DNA of 62,895 nucleotides, counting the filler, from Globobulimina sp. (Eukaryota): NCBI GenBank assembly GCA_003354225.1. It is 18 parts of 18 records of this genome, joined end to end, with 100 filler letters (N's around TTAATTAATTAA, not from the genome) between each part and the next. Parts side by side here need not be neighbours in the genome. Positions count along the whole stretch, not along the records: positions 56,003 to 59,399 come from PIVH01002908.1; positions 59,500 to 62,895 come from PIVH01002909.1; 16 more parts are not named here. One strand, given 5' to 3'. The position numbers and the translations under genes were made by a program. Position 1 is the first letter of the stretch, and every line of letters starts with the position of its first letter. The notes beneath the pieces were generated by a model. That model ran no database searches, was not told where the DNA came from, and saw only the letters and a program-made list of their open reading frames with translations. Of the stretch, positions 56,003 to 62,895 are shown in pieces.

Positions 56003-57210
56003 CGACAATTAGGTAATACGACAAAAGCATCGTATATTCCATATCGATTCCCAAAAAGTAATATCGAAGTTGGCACATTTAAACAAGATATCATACATCA
56101 TTTCAAAATACATCGCCATCTCAACAAAATAATGAACGTAGCTACATTCATTGATTGTTCATTATTGAGATACAGTGGTATATCAAAACGACACTATGAT
56201 AATTGTTCACGTTCAGATTGTACGAAGGATTTGACAAAATTACAAGGAATGAGTTGTCTAAATTTTAATTGCATACAACATTCAGAAGGTTTAGTTCCAT
56301 TCAAAAATGGTGATATGAAATTATGCTGTTGGTGTACAATTTCTTTGAGTATTAAATTACACAAACTTATTGACAATGAATTTTTTGAAAGGAAATGCAG
56401 ATCGAATGATCCTTTTGATTTCGTAGTGGAATCATTTAAAGTGGGTTGCAGGCCAATGCTGGGAAGGCAAATGCCAGGAGAAGCAGTTCACACTAAACCA
56501 GGTCAATTTCACATGACAATTTCCATTGAAATAAACATGCAATCAATGGGTGGATCACCAGTTCCGTTATTAAATATCCCAAGCAATGTAATGACAGTCT
56601 TCAAAAATAACTCACTCAAGAAAGACATGGACACATTTATCACCAACCTCGACATCAATAAAGCCAAATTTGGTACATCAATACAAGCCAGAAATTCACA
56701 GCGATGTAAATGGCACACTGTCAATTCGTATGATACCAAAGGTGACAGAAGTTTACAAGAATCTACTTTAAGATTATATAGCTGATGTATTTGGTACTGC
56801 TAGTAAGAAATATTTGGAGGAATTGAGGCTTGATAGGATTGAGATTGCCAGAGCTACAAAAATTCCGTTAGCTGAATATGAATTTTTGATTCATACTCGG
56901 TTGTTGGAATTGGTTGTTGTTGGTGGGACTTATAGAGGTATGGGATTGATGCGGCATATCGACATGAATTTTGAAGGGACTGTGTTTGTGTACTGTGTAG
57001 ATAAACATAAAAGGAAGAATATGAAAGATTATGATAAAAATGGGAAGTATAACATTTGGTCCAATATTGGAATAATGATTCTGAATAAGAATGACATTAC
57101 CTTCTTTTGAGTCTTGTGAGTAGCTTAGGTTCTTACATTTAATTAAAACTTTAAATAATTCACAGCATGAGTCAAAACAAAAGGAAATATCTGCAACTTG
57201 AGAACATAGA
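56003..57210 (+). pseudogene. Degenerate gene: Cys-rich finger followed by a possible AlkB-like HxD region
   Basis: Open from the contig start to 56785, frameshift near 56780, 'GLMRHIDMNFEGTV', then several stops. Confidence 0.3.
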
Positions 57211-57519
57211 GATATTTTGTAAACACCGTTGTTGTGGACAGATAATACTGTTCGCACATTCAAGAATATAAAATCATTAATCAGCCATTATAAAACAGCA
57301 CATAGTGAAAAATACGTGACCAATAACGCACCATATTGATTTATGACTTTCGTGCTAAAAAGTCACTTATGTTGGATAAACAACCTCCTCTCTAATTGTT
57401 AATGGAGTTTAAGTGTTGCTGCTATGATCAAAGAGTCCGTCTGAATTCATAATCCATCCATATGTATATATAGAGTGATGATGCTAATTATAAACACATT
57501 AAATAAATAAATAAGTAAA

Positions 57520-58953
57520 ATGGACAATGGATTGAAGAAGATTATGAAAACTGAAGATGAAGAAAGAATAATATCCTTTGTCCGATTGCAGGGCCAATTA
57601 CCAATAAGAATTGAGACAGTAAAACGTAACACATTGTCTATTTTATGTGTAGTAAAAAAACACAAACATAATTTACGAATTTTACGCGTTGGTTGTCATT
57701 CGATATCAAACATTGCAATGGATATACGGCACTGCGAAATAATGGCACATGAAGGAGTAATTAAACATATTTTGTTGTGGATGGAGGAATTTATCACAGA
57801 TTGGAGAATATGTTGGTTGGCATGCAGCAGTTTATGGAACTTGGCAAGAAATAAATTGGCAAGAGATTGTATTTCAAATAGTGGGGTCGGAGTAGTATTG
57901 AATATTATTGATTTGCATTGTCAGTCACCATTAGTTATGCAAACATCTCTGGGCTGTTTATCCAATTTGTGCATTGACGGCGATGTTAAAAAAAGAATGG
58001 GTAATAATGAGAGAATAAAGTGTTGTTTTGATATTATGGAGATCCATCCGTATGACTCCAAAGTGTTAACGAGTGCATGCGGATTATTAACCAATTTGGC
58101 CTACGACGAGGAAATAGCACAAGCCATTACAGCCAATTATGGAATATATAAAATCGTGAAATGTATGAATGTGCATAAAAAAATTAATCATTTACAAAGG
58201 AATGGTGCGGCGGCATTAAGCAATTTGAGTGCAACCAAAGAATTTGTACAAGATTTAGTGAAATGTAATGGAGTGGAAACCTTATTCGATGCGCTAACAT
58301 ATCACGAAATGGATGACGACGTAAAGCAACTTGCAAGCGGCGCTTTACACAACTTATCGATCTATGGACAAACGAGTAGTTTGCATGTTTGCTGTACATT
58401 TTGTAATTCGGTGACTACAAAACAGGTTTTATTAAATAAATGGCATAATTATATGGATGTAAATGCAAAAGATACGTATGGCGATACACCGTTGCATTGT
58501 ATATTAAGAGCAATATTATTGGTTCAAAAGAATCTCAATTCTGCAATGTCTGATAAATTGGATGTGTTACAATTTTTAATTGCATGCGGTGCTGATCTGA
58601 GTATAACAAACAAGAAAAATAAAACGCCATTATCATTGATTTCATATTTGTGTCTTAAACAAGAAAAATTATATAATATGATAAATATAGCAATCGAGCA
58701 AGGCCAAAGTCACATAAAATTGGTAAGAAGAAAGTTTTGCGGTTTTGTGGTGCAAACAAGAAAAGATATTCCATCTGAAATTATTTGTATTTTAGCAGAA
58801 TACTGTCATCCGTTGGAGTTAACTGTTCTATTCAGGGTTGAGTTGGAGCCGTCTTTTAAACTCGTTAAACATTCAAAAACTATGATGCAAACTGATTCTA
58901 TTCATCCCATCAATTTTGACGATTGTCAAGATTCAATGGATGTTACCTTGTAA
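57520..58953 (+). CDS. Armadillo-repeat + ankyrin-repeat protein
   Basis: ARM 'ACSSLWNLA', 'LGCLSNLC', 'ACGLLTNLA', 'ASGALHNL'; ANK 'DVNAKDTYGDTPLH', 'GADLSITNKKNKTPL'; C-terminal 'IPSEIICILAEY'. Confidence 0.88.
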   Translation: MDNGLKKIMKTEDEERIISFVRLQGQLPIRIETVKRNTLSILCVVKKHKHNLRILRVGCHSISNIAMDIRHCEIMAHEGVIKHILLWMEEFITDWRICWLACSSLWNLARNKLARDCISNSGVGVVLNIIDLHCQSPLVMQTSLGCLSNLCIDGDVKKRMGNNERIKCCFDIMEIHPYDSKVLTSACGLLTNLAYDEEIAQAITANYGIYKIVKCMNVHKKINHLQRNGAAALSNLSATKEFVQDLVKCNGVETLFDALTYHEMDDDVKQLASGALHNLSIYGQTSSLHVCCTFCNSVTTKQVLLNKWHNYMDVNAKDTYGDTPLHCILRAILLVQKNLNSAMSDKLDVLQFLIACGADLSITNKKNKTPLSLISYLCLKQEKLYNMINIAIEQGQSHIKLVRRKFCGFVVQTRKDIPSEIICILAEYCHPLELTVLFRVELEPSFKLVKHSKTMMQTDSIHPINFDDCQDSMDVTL

Positions 58954-59221
58954 ATAATATTATATATTTATATTGCTTTTCAAAATTGATTACTTTGCTT
59001 CACACTTTGTTAAAATTTAATGTTTTGTTTTGGATTTCATCGGATTTACACTCTTTGATAAACTATAAACAAGTTATCATCTAATCTTAATAAGAAAATT
59101 TGATAACAATCTCCACATATAATGTGGTGCCACTGTCACAAAACTACGTACAAAGCATACTTTGAAACTTGAAAGTGTTTCTGTTCTTGATGTGTGACTG
59201 TGAAAGTGTTTTTGAGTGTGG

Positions 59222-59399
59222 ATGTACAAGATGCAATGCAAACTTACTCCAATTTCAACCGTGGTTATGTTACTCACTGTATTATTAATTGGACAGTTGT
59301 TTTATGTATCTATTATTTCTCAGTACAATTCTGTCATTGATTTCAATACAAGGCATGATTATAATTATAGTGCATCAGTCGTTTTTATTGTTGGCGTTG
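59222..59399 (+). CDS. 5' end of a type II membrane/secreted protein
   Basis: ATG followed by a TM helix; open to the spacer. Confidence 0.4.
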
Positions 59400-59521
59400 N
59401 NNNNNNNNNNNNNNNNNNNNNNNNNNNNNNNNNNNNNNNNNNNTTAATTAATTAANNNNNNNNNNNNNNNNNNNNNNNNNNNNNNNNNNNNNNNNNNNNA
59501 ACATACATAATTATAACAAAA

Positions 59522-60975
59522 TTAAGATGGTGTCACCATTAAAAATGCAGAATCAAAAGGAAGTACTCCTTTTGCAGTATATGTATTTGAAAAAGAACCT
59601 AAATCTTTTTTATCCCAAATACTCCTCAATGTAACACTACTTTTCATGCCAGGTATCTTAGCAAACTCCAATGTCAAATCAGCTGAACTATTCCCTTTCA
59701 AATTTAACATTATCACCGCCCATTTCCCATTCCCTTGTGGTTTGCCCCACGACTGCCACGTTGCGAGCATCACACCTTCACTCGATTCAGCTCGCACATT
59801 GGCCTTATGTGCATATTTCGCATTATCTCTTTGGATTCTTTCTTTTATCACATCCGGATATTCATAATACAACTCCTCGCCACTTTGATCCAACAATGTT
59901 CCTGGATGACCTATTTAAATTATATCACAATTCACAAATAGAATGTCCATATAACCAGTAACTGTATACATTACCTGCCCAGGTTTGAGACACAGCGATA
60001 GCTTCGGTATTGGTCAATATATCCCATACCAAATCAGTGCGACTTTTATCAGTCACATCATACCCAATAATTAAGGGCGATGACACCGTGGCCCATGCTC
60101 CAAAATGCGATCTATCCATGGAATACGCAGTCGCGTTAAGTTGTGCTTTAATATTGCCAACTTCCAACATGTCCGGATAGGCAAAACAGCCTTGTCTAGA
60201 AATGGCAGTGGGATACTTGCTGAAAGGTATCACAGTTTGCAAGTTACTGATTATCCGCATATAGTCACCGTTGATATCACCTGAAGAACGGAAGAAATTC
60301 ATAGGACACCAGTCTGCAGTGGCCTCATTTGGAGAGTTATGGCAGTTTTCAGTCAATAATGGTTTGGTGCCAGTCTCATTGATCAAGCGTTGCCAATTAG
60401 TGATGTTATGAGAGCTGGAACAGCCATCGAGTTTAATGCCGTCGAAGTCATACATTCGTAAGAAATCGACATCATTCACCTCATTGGCAGGATAAGCATT
60501 TGACTCTCTACAAATGCAGTTATTCATATACCACCCTAATCCGACTTTTTTTGAATGTGCATAGGTCACTAAACCTTTTAAATCAGGGAATCGCTGCGTG
60601 TCTAAAATAGCCCATCCTTGGAGACAATAACAAACGCGAATGATTTTTATGGATATATTTGCAGTACAAACCATTTGGTGCGGTGTCATTATGAAAATAA
60701 TGACCAGGATAGGAGCCATTTTGTAAACAAAATTGCCAATTATCATCAACACCGACTTCTGTATAACCAAGATCATAGTACGAGGTTGCCTGACCATTTA
60801 CAGTTCGTGATTTATCAAGCATTGCATCAACAACTTTTTGCATTAAGGTTTGATTGATATTGCCGTGGTAGCAATTCCAACTTCGCCATCCCATCGGAGG
60901 ATTTACACCCAAGCCATTGTCAATGGATATGGTGTTTTGTATTAATAATACTATTGCTAAGAAAAGATGGAGCAT
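59522..60975 (-). CDS. Alpha-galactosidase, glycoside hydrolase family 27 (introns 60617-60671 and 59911-59974)
   Basis: Signal peptide, 'DNGLGVNPPMGWRSWN', 'VDDNWQ', nucleophile 'KLDGC', acid/base 'RSSGDI', 'PDMLEVG'. Confidence 0.95.
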
Positions 60976-61070
60976 GATCAACACACAAAAAAGACACAAG
61001 TTTTTCTAAAAAACTTTTTATTGATAAAAATACAAATATACTAATTCCTTCCACCTCATTCTCACATTGA

Positions 61071-62080
61071 TTATTTGCAGCAAACTGCAACTATTATTAC
61101 AGACACATTATCTTTTGATCTACGTCTATATACTGCATAATGACATAATTTTTCTGTGACATTTTGCAGTGAATCATCATCTACATCCATTCCAATATTA
61201 CTTTTCATCCATTCCAGACATTCTTCATTTGTGGAGACATCAAATAATCCGTCACATCCTATTATTATATATCTATCCGTTGATAATAATTTACGATATG
61301 TAATATCAGGTGTTGATATAATCAAATCTTCTATCTCATGTTTGAAGAGTTTATCTCCTTTTGGTGCATATGTAAAATTAAACGATACAAATTAAAGAAA
61401 TTAAATGTGTACGTAATTTGATAAAATATACCTAACGATCGCGATACAGCCAAAATGCCACAAACCCGCCCAAATGTAACCCATCCATCGGCAGCTTCAA
61501 TTCGTTGTTTTTCCAATGGATTATCGGGTTTATGTTCAACTGATAACTGCTCAACTTTCGCACAGTTATTATCAATTAAAATACATCGCGAATCACCAAC
61601 ATTACAGCACCATAATTCAAATGTTTTATGATCAATTAATACAATGCAACAGGTTGAGCCTGATTCATCTCTGGCAAATTCGATTGCTTTTTCATCCAAT
61701 TCAGCAATGCATAAATTGAAAGCAATATCGACACTCATTTGTGTCGACAAATGTTTTGTTAATGTTTGCGTCAAGTTTGCTGCACAATATTCAGCGCATT
61801 CTTTTCCACCATGCCCGTCAAATATAGCATAAATACTTAAACATTCCGAGGTGCACTTGCTTCCAACTGCGTTGAATTGCGATTCTATAATAGCTTTGTC
61901 CTCCATTCTAGGACGAATTCCTACTTCTGAACAATAACCATGTGAGATTCGTAGTGTATGATATTGCAAACATAGTACAATAATCGTATTTGGTATTATG
62001 CGGTCGTTTAATATGATGCCTATCTCTCTGATATATCCGTGCACCAAATACAACTGCAATTTGACAAGAGATAATGCCAT
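61071..62080 (-). CDS. PP2C/PPM protein phosphatase with N-terminal GYIR/IP-box motif (intron 61358-61431)
   Basis: 'RPRMED', 'FDGHGG', 'GST', 'NVGDSR', spliced 'SRSLGD', 'CDGLFDV', 'KDNVS'; N-terminal 'LVHGYIRE...IIPNTIIVLCLQY'. Confidence 0.93.
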
Positions 62081-62368
62081 TGTTAGAGCTTTTAGTAACT
62101 ATTTTATGTTCTTATTTGGTTGTTACAAGAGAGAGGTAAAGTTTTTGTAATTAATTAATTAAAAACTGAGTTGAAGTGACGTCAGTCATAACACAAAATA
62201 GGATTACAATATATTCCCCCATCACAAAAGAAAACATAATCAAACAACAAAATATTAAATAACTAAAAATAATGTAATTAACTAATTTGTATTTATATCT
62301 TTTATTTGCTATATAAATGATAAATTAGAATCAAAATGAAAATATATATAATTTCTTTAAATCGGAAG

Positions 62369-62791
62369 TTATAAATTGGTTGGCTTTAATAACTCGGACA
62401 ATTTTGCTTCTTCCTTGTTGTTCTCATTTAGATTGTCGATACGTAATAATACACAGTCCAACATTTTACTTGGATCTTTAAACAGAGGCCGATAAAAATA
62501 ACGTAAATGACCATGATTTGCAATATGCTGCTCGGACGTATCGAAAACGTTTTTAATAATATATTTCTTTCCCGGTTCAATAATCTCACTAATATACCAT
62601 CCATAAATTTCATTTAACGACAATTTATTTAATACCGTATCAGTTGGCTGCCAAACCACATAATCATACAAATTAAATTGTTTATTATTAATCTGATTAT
62701 ATGCTAATTGTTGATCTTTCTCGTGTTTTATTCTACGTCTTGTGGGTATTCTTCGCCCAACGCTTGAATCGTTTGTAATCGATGGAGCCAT
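62369..62791 (-). CDS. Hypothetical protein (140 aa)
   Basis: ATG-initiated ORF with protein-like composition; no family recognised. Confidence 0.5.
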   Translation of the reverse strand: MAPSITNDSSVGRRIPTRRRIKHEKDQQLAYNQINNKQFNLYDYVVWQPTDTVLNKLSLNEIYGWYISEIIEPGKKYIIKNVFDTSEQHIANHGHLRYFYRPLFKDPSKMLDCVLLRIDNLNENNKEEAKLSELLKPTNL

Positions 62792-62895
62792 TTAATCTGA
62801 AATCGCTCGCATTCAATTTACTAAAATCCTTCAATCTCAGATTCATCTCCAAACAATTTGTGTAGAAAGGAAAGAAAAACCGTAATTCATTCGGA

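Noticed and set aside
473-62613. Numerous 60-150 aa antisense or alternate-frame ORFs in the ORF track
   Set aside because: They overlap well-supported genes and have no recognisable motifs; shadow ORFs.

Overview
This window is not one locus. It is 18 size-sorted contigs (3402 down to 3396 bp) joined by an artificial 100-bp spacer (N44-TTAATTAATTAA-N44), so adjacency across a spacer means nothing. Most contigs come from a gene-dense, AT-rich eukaryote with standard genetic code and short GT-AG introns (mostly 50-87 nt). The gene families (Kelch, SAM, UBL and 7TM proteins, plus a recurrent 'LxxGYxR...IPxxIxxLI' motif) suggest a foraminiferan/Reticulomyxa-like rhizarian; this is an inference. 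Recognisable genes include a TMEM63/OSCA channel, S10 carboxypeptidase, SLC26 transporter, RING-H2 ligase, MUS81-like nuclease, animal-type PMVK, HSL-family hydrolase, two GT4 glycosyltransferases, an HPS5/TECPR2-like protein, a sulfotransferase, an ARM-ankyrin protein, GH27 alpha-galactosidase and PP2C. Foreign or mobile material comprises an uninterrupted APE-RT LINE ORF, a tailed-phage packaging module (terS-terL-portal), a probably metazoan repeat-rich contig (nicastrin exon, satellite, nested MITEs) and short bacterial or transposase fragments fused to host sequence. The best leads are: (1) the recurrent GYIR/IP-box module fused to diverse effectors; (2) two long introns with inverted-repeat ends (introner-like); (3) a triple-UBL 2OG-Fe(II) dioxygenase-like fusion; (4) an in-frame bacterial cyclase-domain insert in a secreted protein; (5) a shared AGTTTT element in very short, often bidirectional promoters. 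All family calls come from motifs recognised by eye; no searches were run.
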